This document shows positions 27,706 through 37,093 of a DNA stretch of 64,000 bases, piece by piece. The position numbers and the translations under genes were made by a program. Origin of the DNA: an uncultured Acidimicrobiales bacterium. Lineage in GTDB: Bacteria; Actinomycetota; Acidimicrobiia; Acidimicrobiales; JANYDT01. Below the pieces are notes generated by a model. The model had not been told where the DNA came from. It ran no database searches and saw only the letters and a program-made list of their open reading frames with translations. The first letter of the stretch is position 1. Every line of letters begins with the position of its first letter. The DNA lies in contig CAVXNJ010000002.1 of NCBI GenBank assembly GCA_963763135.1, positions 81,562-145,561 on the forward strand. The letters are read 5' to 3'.

Positions 27706-28608
27706 ATGCAGAAACGTGCGTTGGGTAAGACCGGATTATCGGTTGGCGAGATTGCCTTCGGATGCTGGCGATTCGGTGGGGTCGATGTGGCCACCGCCCA
27801 GGAACGTATCGAAACGGCCATCGAAACCGGCATGATCCTCATCGACACCGCCGACGTCTACGGCCTCGACAACAACTGCCCGTGGGGTGGCGCCGAGGCG
27901 TTGCTGGGCGAAGTGTTTGCCGTCGCTCCGGCCCTACGCGATCAGATCGTGCTTGCCACCAAAGGCGGCATCCACCTCGGTCCGGCCCATCAGGGGCGCG
28001 ACGGGCTCGGCGTTCCCTATGAATCGAGTCCGGGCTGGATCACCCACGCGTGCGACGAGTCACTTCGTCGACTCCAGGTCGATGTGATCGACCTCTATCA
28101 AATCCACCGGCCCGACTTCCTCGAGCATCCGGCTTCGACCGCGGCCGCACTCAACGGCCTGGTGCAGTCGGGCAAGGTCAAGCACATCGGGGTCAGCAAC
28201 TACACCGCAGCACAGGTGTCGGCACTACGTGCGCACCTCGATGTGCCCCTGCAAACCATCCAGCCCGAGTTCTCGGTCAGTCACCTCGACCCGATCGACG
28301 ACGGTGTCTTCGATCAGGCCATGGAACTCGGTCTCACTCCACTGGCGTGGAGTCCACTCGGCGGAGGGAGCGTCTTGAGCGCCGACGGTGCACTCGGGGC
28401 GAAGCTCGACGAATTGGCAAGCACGCATAGCACCTCTCGTACCGGAATCGCATTGGCGTTTGTGCTTGCCCACCCGGCCGGCGTCATCCCGATCATCGGA
28501 ACCGGCAAACCCGAACGCATCCGCGAATCGGCGGAAGCCGCAAACATCAAACTAACGAAGGCGGAGTGCTACTCACTCATCGCCGCAGCCGGAAGGGTCC
28601 TACCGTAA
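27706..28608 (+). CDS. aldo/keto reductase
   Basis: 300 aa. Contains LGKTGLSVGEIAFGCW, IDTADVYG and GVSNYTAAQV. Confidence 0.9.
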   Translation: MQKRALGKTGLSVGEIAFGCWRFGGVDVATAQERIETAIETGMILIDTADVYGLDNNCPWGGAEALLGEVFAVAPALRDQIVLATKGGIHLGPAHQGRDGLGVPYESSPGWITHACDESLRRLQVDVIDLYQIHRPDFLEHPASTAAALNGLVQSGKVKHIGVSNYTAAQVSALRAHLDVPLQTIQPEFSVSHLDPIDDGVFDQAMELGLTPLAWSPLGGGSVLSADGALGAKLDELASTHSTSRTGIALAFVLAHPAGVIPIIGTGKPERIRESAEAANIKLTKAECYSLIAAAGRVLP

Positions 28609-29675
28609 TGGAAGTCGCTTGGTTCTCAGCGTTGTGTGACGACGACTACGAGTTTCTCGGAGTCCCCGACCCGACGCTTCGTAGCTCGTGGGAGCACTGC
28701 TCAGACATTGTGAAGCGAGCCGAGGCAAACGGTTTCGACAACGTGCTGCTGCCCTCGGGTTACGAACTCGGTCTTGACTCCGCATCGTTCGCGGCTGCCA
28801 TCGCGCCGCAGACCTCACGGATCAATCTGCTGCTCGCCGTGCGTTGCGCGGAGATGTGGCCACCGCAACTGGCCCGCCAGATTGCGTCGATCGATCGGAT
28901 GGCGAAGGGGCGTCTTGTCGTGAACATCATCTCGAGCGACCTCCCCGGTTCGGTCCTCGACAGTGGCCCCCGCTACCGGCGCAGCACCGAGGTCATGCAG
29001 ATCGTACGCACGCTTCTCAATCGCGAGCCGCTCGACTTCGGCGGCGAGTTCTACCAGCTGAAGCTTCCCGTCCCCAACGTTCACACCGTCTCCGGCAAGT
29101 GTCCGCCGCTGTACTTCGGAGGGCTGTCCGAGGACGCGCGTGAATGCGCAGCAACCGCGGCCGACGTCTATCTCATGTGGCCTGACACTATTCCCGGAAT
29201 CACGTCGATCATCGACGACATGAAAGCCCGCGCCGCCGCGAAGAACCGTTCACTGCGTTTCGGTTACCGAGTTCATGTCGTCGTCCGGGAAACCGAGTCG
29301 TTGGCCCGCGCCGCCGCCGATCGTCTGCTGTCGAAGCTCGACGCAGAAGTGGGCGACGCCATCCGGGCCAAGTCACTCGACTCCCAGTCGGTCGGCGTTC
29401 GACGCCAGGCTGAACTTCGGGAGTCGGCCGCATCAGGTGACGGTTACATCGAAGACAACCTGTGGACCGGCATCGGCCGAGCCCGTTCCGGTTGCGGGGC
29501 TGCGATAGTCGGTGACCCCGACCAGGTGCTGGCCAAGTTGAAGGCGTACGAAGCGATCGGCATCGAAGCCGCGATCTTGAGTGGCTACCCGCACCTCGAC
29601 GAGTGCGACATGTTCGCCAAATACGTGCTGCCGAAGCTCAACCACGCACCTATACACGTTGCCTCAGCCGGGTAA
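28608..29675 (+). CDS. LLM-class flavin-dependent oxidoreductase (luciferase-like monooxygenase)
   Basis: The ATG at 28608 overlaps the upstream TAA by 1 nt. Contains GFDNVLLPSG, RLVVNIISS and PPLYFGG. 355 aa. Confidence 0.8.
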   Translation: MEVAWFSALCDDDYEFLGVPDPTLRSSWEHCSDIVKRAEANGFDNVLLPSGYELGLDSASFAAAIAPQTSRINLLLAVRCAEMWPPQLARQIASIDRMAKGRLVVNIISSDLPGSVLDSGPRYRRSTEVMQIVRTLLNREPLDFGGEFYQLKLPVPNVHTVSGKCPPLYFGGLSEDARECAATAADVYLMWPDTIPGITSIIDDMKARAAAKNRSLRFGYRVHVVVRETESLARAAADRLLSKLDAEVGDAIRAKSLDSQSVGVRRQAELRESAASGDGYIEDNLWTGIGRARSGCGAAIVGDPDQVLAKLKAYEAIGIEAAILSGYPHLDECDMFAKYVLPKLNHAPIHVASAG

Positions 29676-29792
29676 AACCCGAACCTTAGGGTTTCGGGTC
29701 GTGTGGCGAGTTTGTGGTCAGCGAACGGGTTTGTGGGCGTTGTGCATCCTGCTGGCTGCCCCCGAACCTGCAGACTGACCCGGAACCAGTGA

Positions 29793-30326
29793 CTACGCCG
29801 ACGCGGCGAACGCGTCGGTCACCCACTTCCAGTGCATGCGACCATGACCCGCGTTGGCGGCGAGTACTCCGCCAACCGTGCCATCGGCCCAGGGCGCGCC
29901 CGGCAGAACCTCACCCAGCTGCTCATCGCTAAGTTCACTTAGCAATGTGAGCGTGACCGCACGCGACTCCTGACCGAGCGCGACGACCGCATCGAACGAC
30001 TTGCCCGCGTGCTTCACCTGCCATTCATCGGTCATAGCGTGCACCGACGCCATGATCTCCGGCATCGTGCGCGGGTTGCCGGCATCGTCGTTGCGGAGGC
30101 CAACCGGGTTCGCATGGCCCGCGACATGGCGACGCACCATCGCAGCGAAGTTGTGCTCGATCAGCGACAGGTGGGCCAGGTGATCAAGCGCGCTCCACAT
30201 GTTCGACGGATCATGCTCGCTCGGCGTGAGCCCCCGCTGCATCTCCTCTTCGCTCAAACCTTTGAATTGGTTCAGCAACCAGATCCGGCCCTCGTGAAGT
30301 TCAATCTCAATGTCGATGCGTCGCAT
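29793..30326 (-). CDS. DinB-family protein
   Basis: 177 aa four-helix-bundle type with His ligands (LDHLAHLSLIEHNF and HGRMHWKW). Confidence 0.65.
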   Translation of the reverse strand: MRRIDIEIELHEGRIWLLNQFKGLSEEEMQRGLTPSEHDPSNMWSALDHLAHLSLIEHNFAAMVRRHVAGHANPVGLRNDDAGNPRTMPEIMASVHAMTDEWQVKHAGKSFDAVVALGQESRAVTLTLLSELSDEQLGEVLPGAPWADGTVGGVLAANAGHGRMHWKWVTDAFAASA

Positions 30327-30383
30327 CGGACTGGTCTAGCCGATCGGCTTCGCATCGTCCATTGCGCTGCGACTCTTGGTTTG

Positions 30384-30427
30384 TGTCCACACTTTGCACG
30401 AAATACGTGTCAAGCGTGGACATAAAC
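30384..30427. repeat. dispersed 44/45-nt AT-rich hairpin motif, copy A
   Basis: TGTCCACACTTTGCACGAAATACGTGTCAAGCGTGGACATAAAC. About 82 percent identical to 50417..50461. The stem is GTCCAC/GTGGAC. Confidence 0.8.
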
Positions 30428-30445
30428 GCTCGCTGAAGAGCGGAA

Positions 30446-31564
30446 CTACTTGGCGCAGACGGCGGCCAGGCTTCCGATTGCGCTGCCGCGGCGGGGTTCG
30501 CGAACGACGTTGAGGTCGACGCCGTTCGTGCAGTAGCCGAGTGACAGGCCCGTGGCCGGGTCGGCCCAGGCGAGTTGACCGGCGGCGCCGTTGTGTCCGA
30601 AGGCGCCGGCCGACACCGTGCGGCCCATGCCGCGAAGATGCGACTTGCCGTCGCTGCCGGCCAACACCAGGCCGAGGCTGCGGTTCGCCGGGATGCCGGT
30701 GAGACGGTCGGGGAGCGAGTTGCGGACCACGCTTGTTACGTTGGCGCGGATGGCCGGATCCCAGATCGTGCCGTCGTCGTGAAGGAGGCGCTGGTAGTAC
30801 AGCGCGAGATCACATGCGCGCATACAACCTCCGCCGCCGGGCACGCCGACCGTGCGAGCAGCCGGGTCGTTGAACCCGAGCAACGCGGCCGGGGTCACTT
30901 CGGTGACGGGCAGCGAGTCCACGCCGAACGCCGAACGAATTTCCTCGGTCGACGCCACATCGCCGACGGTGACCAGCTCGGCGATGTTGTCCTGCTGGTC
31001 CAACGGGATGGCGAGCAGGCGGGGGAGTCCGGCGGGCGTGGTGACCCGGTCCTGCACGACCGTGCGGAAGTCGATACCGGTCACGCGCTCGATGATCTCG
31101 GCGAGTACCCAGTGCGCACTTGTCGCGTGGTACTCGAACGATGTGCCCGGCTCCCAGTTCAGGCGCCACTGGGCGAAGCGGGCCGTGCGACCTTCCGACG
31201 TCGCCCCGACTGGAATCGGCATCGGTGCATGCGGGAAGCCCGAGGTGTGCAGCATGACCTGCTCGACCGTGATCTTGTCCTTGCCGTTCGCCCCGAACTC
31301 CGGGATGTAATGAATGACAGGGAGGTTGACGTCGATCAGCCCGTCGCCGATGAGCGCCCACACTGCACCGGCCACGAACGCCTTCGTGCAGGAGAACACC
31401 GAGTAGCGAGTGTCGAGCGTCGCGTCGCCGAAGGCCTCGTATGCCACCAGCTCGCCGTTGAACGCGAGCGCCACCTGAGCCGACGGAAGGAGCCCTTCGT
31501 CGACCTCCTTGCGTGCTCGGGCAATGAGTGCAGCAACGGCAGCGGAATCGATCGAGGTGCTCAT
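30446..31564 (-). CDS. serine hydrolase, beta-lactamase/esterase (class C-like) family
   Basis: 372 aa. The SxxK motif is in YSVFSCTKAFVAG, and a YHA/YxN-type region is present. Confidence 0.8.
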   Translation of the reverse strand: MSTSIDSAAVAALIARARKEVDEGLLPSAQVALAFNGELVAYEAFGDATLDTRYSVFSCTKAFVAGAVWALIGDGLIDVNLPVIHYIPEFGANGKDKITVEQVMLHTSGFPHAPMPIPVGATSEGRTARFAQWRLNWEPGTSFEYHATSAHWVLAEIIERVTGIDFRTVVQDRVTTPAGLPRLLAIPLDQQDNIAELVTVGDVASTEEIRSAFGVDSLPVTEVTPAALLGFNDPAARTVGVPGGGGCMRACDLALYYQRLLHDDGTIWDPAIRANVTSVVRNSLPDRLTGIPANRSLGLVLAGSDGKSHLRGMGRTVSAGAFGHNGAAGQLAWADPATGLSLGYCTNGVDLNVVREPRRGSAIGSLAAVCAK

Positions 31565-31711
31565 GGCGCCACCTTATGTCCCAGCCGGGCGAACATGCGA
31601 GGTCAGAGTCCGATGGTCGGCTTGTGTGCACTGGCGTAGTCCCGGGCTAAGAAATCGCACACACTCCGACCGGTTACACCGCTTGCTGTTTCCACCGGGC
31701 AAGATGAGGAA

Positions 31712-32200
31712 ATGCCGAGCGAACCCGACCCGATCGAGGAGATCCTCACGGCTCTCGCCGAATCGCCCGCAACCATCGAGCGGTTGACCGCTGGCCTTGC
31801 ACCGGCGCTCCTTCGAACGCCTCCGGCGCACGGTGAATGGTCGGCGAATGAGCTCCTGGCCCATCTCCGAGCCTGCGCGGACGTGTGGGGCGACTGCATC
31901 TCGGTCATGTTGAACCGAGACGAGCCCACCATCAAAGCGGTGAATCCACGACAATGGATCAAGAAGGTTGACTACCCGAATATCGAGTTTCGCGGCTCTC
32001 TCGAGGCCTTTACCACCCAACGCCACAGCCTGATCGCCCAATTGACGAGCCTGACTGCGACGCAATGGGAGCGGAGCGCGACCGTAACCGGCGCCGGCAG
32101 CCCCCTCCATAAAACCGTCCATGACTATGCGTTTCGTATGAAGAAGCACGAACGAGTCCATCTCGTCCAGTTGGCGCAGATCGTGCGGTCGTTCGGCTAG
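31712..32200 (+). CDS. DinB-family protein
   Basis: 162 aa. Contains WSANELLAHL and KKHERVHLVQL. Confidence 0.65.
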   Translation: MPSEPDPIEEILTALAESPATIERLTAGLAPALLRTPPAHGEWSANELLAHLRACADVWGDCISVMLNRDEPTIKAVNPRQWIKKVDYPNIEFRGSLEAFTTQRHSLIAQLTSLTATQWERSATVTGAGSPLHKTVHDYAFRMKKHERVHLVQLAQIVRSFG

Positions 32201-32449
32201 GACGAATGGTCACGAAGGGTCACGAAGTGGGCCCTGCGCAGATGAAGTGGGCCCTCCGCAGATGAGGTCCCAGGGGCCAGCTCGAGGGTCCAGTTAGGGC
32301 CCGGATCGCGTAACGACTCCCGGCTGCTAACCTTGCCGGGTTCCCTTGGACAGCTTCGTAGGGCTCACGCGACCAGATGTCGCCGAGTCGGTTTCACGAC
32401 GCGAGGCTTGCCAAACGGTGTCACCTAGATAAAGAGAGACAGTATTTCT

Positions 32450-32707
32450 ATGCCTGACAAGGCCAAAACCATCACCGAACATCGTCTGCACGAGACCGAT
32501 ACCGGTTCTCCGGAAGTGCAGATTGCGATCCTCACGGAGCGCATCAACCACCTCAACGACCACCTGAAGATGCACAAGGGCGATCACCACACCCGTCGTG
32601 GCCTGCTCCAGATGGTCGGTCGCCGACGTCGTCTCCTCGACTACGTGCGCAACACCGACGTCGAACGCTACCGCGGCCTGTTGGCCAAGCACGGCCTGCG
32701 TCGATAA
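32450..32707 (+). CDS. rpsO: 30S ribosomal protein S15
   Basis: 85 aa. Contains [52 protein letters not shown]. Confidence 0.97.
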   Translation: MPDKAKTITEHRLHETDTGSPEVQIAILTERINHLNDHLKMHKGDHHTRRGLLQMVGRRRRLLDYVRNTDVERYRGLLAKHGLRR

Positions 32708-32717
32708 CCAAGGTTTG

Positions 32718-32747
32718 ACCGAAGCGGCCCTACCCGGCCGCTTCGGT
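32718..32747 (+). terminator. hairpin after rpsO
   Basis: A perfect 12-bp stem, ACCGAAGCGGCC / GGCCGCTTCGGT, with a 6-nt loop. There is no U-tract. Confidence 0.55.
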
Positions 32748-33192
32748 GCATTCCGGGCCCGAATTTTCGGGTGCGGAATGGCACATTCGGCACTGCAAAA
32801 CTGCAGGTAACGCCGAATTCCGGCTCGGTTTGGGCCGGGTCCACCGCTTCTGCGGGTGGCCGAACCAAACTACGCAGGTCGCTCGCGTTCACTCGGAAGG
32901 TCGGGTAACTCAAGCGGCGAAGCAGACCCAGTAACCGGGGCCTTCCACGGGCGGTCAGCTGCCAGTTGTGGACCACTCGCTACGTTTTCCGGCATTGCGC
33001 CGAAACGATCGGCGGGTGCTCGACAACTGGGAACTGACCAAGGCGGGCTCCAACTGCACGAACCTCTCCGGCTGGATCGGCGTCGATTTTCGATATCGAA
33101 CTTCGATTTCGGTCCCGGCCGGGTTCCGAAACGTTCGGCGTGCAGCAAACCACCTGCGTCTCACGAAGAGGCGTAGCAAAAGGAGTATTCCC

Positions 33193-35706
33193 ATGGCAGA
33201 AGCCAAAACCGTTTCGGCGCCCATCAGCGGCACGAACAAAACCATGACGTTCTCGACCGGCAAGCTCGCTCAGCAGAGCCAGGGTGCCGTAGTCGCCAGC
33301 CTGGGCGGCACGTCCGTCCTCACCACCGCCAACGCCGCCAAGGGCGTCCGCGATGGCATCGATTTCTTCCCGCTTACGATCGACGTCGAAGAGCGTGCCT
33401 ACGCCGCCGGCAAGATCCCCGGCTCGTTCTTCCGCCGTGAAGGTCGCCCGACCGACGCCGCGATCCTCACCTGCCGCCTCACCGACCGCCCGCTTCGCCC
33501 GGCGTTCCCCGACGGTTTCCGCAACGAGACCCAGGTCGTCATCACCGTCATCGGTGCCGACCAGATCAACCCCCACGACGTGCTCGCCATCAACTCGGCC
33601 TCGGCCGCGCTGATGATCTCGGGCATCCCGTTCGAGGGCCCGATCGGCGCTGTCCGCATCGCGTACTCGACCGAGGGAGAATGGATCCCGCATCCGACCT
33701 TCGAAGAAGGCGCCGCCAGCACGTTTGAACTCGTTGTCGCCGGCCGCCTGGTCGAAGAGGGCGAGTACTCAGGCGACGTCGCCATCATGATGGTCGAGGC
33801 CGGCGGTACCGAAACCGCATGGGCTTCCTACGAAGACGGCGCCCCGAAGGTCACCGAAGACGTGGTTGCCGACGGCCTTATGGCCGCGAAGACCTGGATC
33901 AAGGAATCCATCGCACTGCAGAAGGAACTCGTCGCAGTTGCCGGTTCACGTCCGACCATGAGCTACGTGCCGGTGTTCGACTACGGCGACGACGTGATGG
34001 AAGCGGTTGAGAAGATCGGCAAGCCGATCCTCGATCCGGTCACCCAGATCATCATCAAGGCCGAGCGCAACGCCGCTACCGACGCCGCAACCTCCGAGAT
34101 CGTCGCCGCTCTCGCTGACCGGTTCGCCGGTCGTGAGAAGGAAATCAAAGAAGCCGTACGTTCACTTACGAAGAAGATGGTCCGTAGTCGGGTCGTCAAC
34201 ACCGGCATCCGCATGGACGGCCGTGGCCCGAAGGACCTTCGCCCGATCAGCGCCGAAGTCGGCATCATCCCGACCGCTCACGGCACCGGCCTCTTCCAGC
34301 GTGGCGAGACCCAGGTCATGAACGTATGCACGCTTGCTATGCCGAAGATGAACCAGATGCTCGACACCCTCGAGCCGGTCACCAAGAAGTACTTCATGCA
34401 TCACTACAACATGCCGCCTTCGGCCAACGGTGAAACGGGTCGTGTCGGTTCGCCGAAGCGCCGCGAAATCGGCCACGGCAAGTTGGCTGAGCGGGCCCTT
34501 CTGCCGGTCATCCCGAGCCAGGAAGAGTTCAGCTACGCGCTGCGTCTCGTCTCCGAAGTTCTGGCCTCCAACGGCTCGACCTCGATGGGCTCGGTCTGCT
34601 CGTCGTCGCTGTCGCTGATGGACGCCGGTGTGCCGATCAAGGCCGCCGTCGCCGGTATCGCCATGGGCCTGATCTTCGACGACGGCAAGTACACCACCCT
34701 CACCGACATCCTCGGTTCCGAAGACGCCTTCGGCGACATGGACTTCAAGGTCGCCGGTACGTCGGAATTCGTGACGGCTCTCCAGCTCGACACGAAGATC
34801 GACGGCATCCCGACCGACGTTCTCGCCGCCGCTCTGCAGCAGGCCAAGGAAGCCCGTCTCGCGATCCTCGAGGTCATGAACGCGGCCATCTCGGCTCCTC
34901 GCACCGAGGTCAACGAGACCGCTCCGAAGATCGTGTCGTTCGAGATCCCGATGGACAAGATCGGCGAAGTGATCGGGCCGAAGGGCAAGGTCATCAACGC
35001 GATGCAGCAGGAGACCGGCGCCGACATCACCATCGACGACGACGGCCGCGTGGGCATCGTCTCGATCGGTTCGACCAACGGCGCAGCCGTCACCGAAGCC
35101 CGTCGTCGCATCGAGTTGATCCTTGATCCGCCGAAGGCCGAAGTCGGCGCTGTCTACATGGGCAAGGTCGTCTCCACGACCAAGTTCGGTGCGTTCGTCA
35201 ACATCCTCCCGGGTCGCGACGGTCTGCTCCACATCTCGAAGATCGGCAAGGGCCAGCGCGTCAACAACGTCGAAGACGTGGTGAACCTGGGCGATGCCGT
35301 GGAAGTTCGAGTCGATGACATCGACGCTCAGGGCAAGGTTTCGCTCAGCTGGGCCGACCAGCCCGCCGGCGAGCCGGGCGCGGCCCGCGAAGACCGTGGC
35401 CCCCGTGAAGATCGCGGCGACCGTGGCGATCGCGGTGGACGCGATGGCGGCCGTTCACGTGACGGCGGCCGCGACAGCGGTCGCTCCCGCGACGGTGGCC
35501 GTCCCGAGCGTGCCCCACGCGCCGAGGCTCCGGCCCCCGGTGGCGCTCCCGTCGTGAGCTTCGAGGAGTCCTTCGACGCCGAGATCGCCGCCGAGTTCGG
35601 TGACCTCGGACCCGCTCCGGTCGAGGCCGACGCCGCTCCCCGCAGCGGTGGCGACCGCGGCGACTCCGGTCCCCGCCGCAATCGCAGCCGCGGCCCGCGT
35701 CGCTAA
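33193..35706 (+). CDS. pnp: polyribonucleotide nucleotidyltransferase (PNPase) with an Arg/Gly/Asp-rich C-terminal tail
   Basis: ATG at 33193 after an AAAGGAG Shine-Dalgarno. Two RNase PH domains, then KH and S1 (VYMGKVVSTTKFGAFVNILPGRDGLLHIS). The last ~117 aa are low complexity. Confidence 0.95.
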   Translation: MAEAKTVSAPISGTNKTMTFSTGKLAQQSQGAVVASLGGTSVLTTANAAKGVRDGIDFFPLTIDVEERAYAAGKIPGSFFRREGRPTDAAILTCRLTDRPLRPAFPDGFRNETQVVITVIGADQINPHDVLAINSASAALMISGIPFEGPIGAVRIAYSTEGEWIPHPTFEEGAASTFELVVAGRLVEEGEYSGDVAIMMVEAGGTETAWASYEDGAPKVTEDVVADGLMAAKTWIKESIALQKELVAVAGSRPTMSYVPVFDYGDDVMEAVEKIGKPILDPVTQIIIKAERNAATDAATSEIVAALADRFAGREKEIKEAVRSLTKKMVRSRVVNTGIRMDGRGPKDLRPISAEVGIIPTAHGTGLFQRGETQVMNVCTLAMPKMNQMLDTLEPVTKKYFMHHYNMPPSANGETGRVGSPKRREIGHGKLAERALLPVIPSQEEFSYALRLVSEVLASNGSTSMGSVCSSSLSLMDAGVPIKAAVAGIAMGLIFDDGKYTTLTDILGSEDAFGDMDFKVAGTSEFVTALQLDTKIDGIPTDVLAAALQQAKEARLAILEVMNAAISAPRTEVNETAPKIVSFEIPMDKIGEVIGPKGKVINAMQQETGADITIDDDGRVGIVSIGSTNGAAVTEARRRIELILDPPKAEVGAVYMGKVVSTTKFGAFVNILPGRDGLLHISKIGKGQRVNNVEDVVNLGDAVEVRVDDIDAQGKVSLSWADQPAGEPGAAREDRGPREDRGDRGDRGGRDGGRSRDGGRDSGRSRDGGRPERAPRAEAPAPGGAPVVSFEESFDAEIAAEFGDLGPAPVEADAAPRSGGDRGDSGPRRNRSRGPRR

Positions 35707-35734
35707 TTCGTAGCCAGCGTTTGTAGTTCCGAGC

Positions 35735-35769
35735 CGAAGGCCGGGTCCTCGTTAAGGACCCGGCCTTCG
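35735..35769 (+). terminator. hairpin after pnp
   Basis: A 14-bp perfect stem, CGAAGGCCGGGTCC / GGACCCGGCCTTCG, with a 7-nt loop. Confidence 0.55.
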
Positions 35770-36052
35770 CCGCGCCCGAGCCCGGGGATGCGAGTGTCGG
35801 CGGGATTTGTGTCGCCGGGCAATCGTCTTTCCGCACACCCCCAAGCCGGTCAGGCCAGTCAGGCCGGTGGGAGCCCGGGCCGTACCGAACCTTGGTGGTC
35901 GTGTACCCAACTTCGGGTGCTTTGGTACACAACCTCCCGGTTTTCGCGTGTCGTGGCCGTTTTTTCGTGGGGGTTGGGTACCTTTGGCCGCCAGGTTCGG
36001 TTCGGCGCGCCCGGGCGATCGTTTTCCCGCACACTCGCGGGCCTCGCGACAG

Positions 36053-36991
36053 CTAGAACTGGGCGAAGAAGGCGGCTACTTCTCGGCTTTCGCCGGGGAC
36101 GCGGGTCCACACGTTGGTGATGCGCCAGCCGTCCCATTTGTGGGCGTTGTCGAGGTATTCGATGGTCGTCATCGGGACTGAGCAGCCGTCGTAGGTGGTG
36201 GTGACACGGGAGTCGGTCCGCACCACGTCGACCTTCGCAGACTCGTCGCCACAACCGTTGGCGGTCCGCCAGGCCTCGACGGTTCCGTCGAAGCCGATCC
36301 AGTCGAACTCCGGATCGCCTGGGGTCATGCCGCCTTCGTAACGGACCCGCTGGTCCTTCGCCCCGTGCATCAACAGAATCGGTACCGGCCCCGTCGGTCG
36401 AAGCGAGTTGCGAACCGTGCCGATCGTGCCCGAGCCGACCGCGATGGCCCGCACCAGCGTTGGGTTCTCGGCGGCAAAGCGTTGCGCCATGAACGCGCCG
36501 TTCGAGAAGCCCACCATAAACACCCGGTCGCGGGGTACGTCGAATTCCACCACGAGCTTTTCGATAAGTGCGCGTAGGAAACTGACGTCGTCGGCCTTCT
36601 CCTTCCACCCGCTTCCGCAACAGAACTGGGCGTTCCAGCCGGGCTTGAGGCCTTGCTGCGTGGGCGAAAGCGCGTCGGGATAGGCAACGACCACCTCCGA
36701 CGGAAACGCATTGTGCAGCGCGGTGTAATAGGCGAACTGACGACCGTCGCCGCCAAAGCCGTGCAGGGCAAGCACCAGGCTCTTCGGCTTCGTGGTGGCG
36801 CCGCGGCGTCCCGTGACCAGGTAGGTCCGCCGGTTTCCCCCAACCACGACGGACGACCGACGATCGAGGAGCACGGCGCGGTCCCGTTGGGTGAACGCCA
36901 CGAGAACGGTCAGGGCGAGCAACACCACAATGACCGTCAGAACACCGCTCAGCACAACCACGAATCGCTTCCATTTCTTCGTCAACGCCAC
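36053..36991 (-). CDS. secreted or membrane-anchored esterase, PHB-depolymerase/LpqC-like alpha/beta hydrolase
   Basis: The GTG at 36991 gives a KKWKR N-terminus followed by a TM helix. Also LALHGFGGDG and the nucleophile elbow GFSNG. Only the 3' third of ORF 36053..37891 is protein-like. Confidence 0.7.
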   Translation of the reverse strand: MALTKKWKRFVVVLSGVLTVIVVLLALTVLVAFTQRDRAVLLDRRSSVVVGGNRRTYLVTGRRGATTKPKSLVLALHGFGGDGRQFAYYTALHNAFPSEVVVAYPDALSPTQQGLKPGWNAQFCCGSGWKEKADDVSFLRALIEKLVVEFDVPRDRVFMVGFSNGAFMAQRFAAENPTLVRAIAVGSGTIGTVRNSLRPTGPVPILLMHGAKDQRVRYEGGMTPGDPEFDWIGFDGTVEAWRTANGCGDESAKVDVVRTDSRVTTTYDGCSVPMTTIEYLDNAHKWDGWRITNVWTRVPGESREVAAFFAQF

Positions 36992-37093
36992 AGTGGTATT
37001 CGACACTACCGGCCGGCTTGGACGTACATCTCGAAAGCCGGGGCCGCCTCCAACGCGTCGTGTGTTCCGGGCTGCACTAACGTTGAATCCCTC

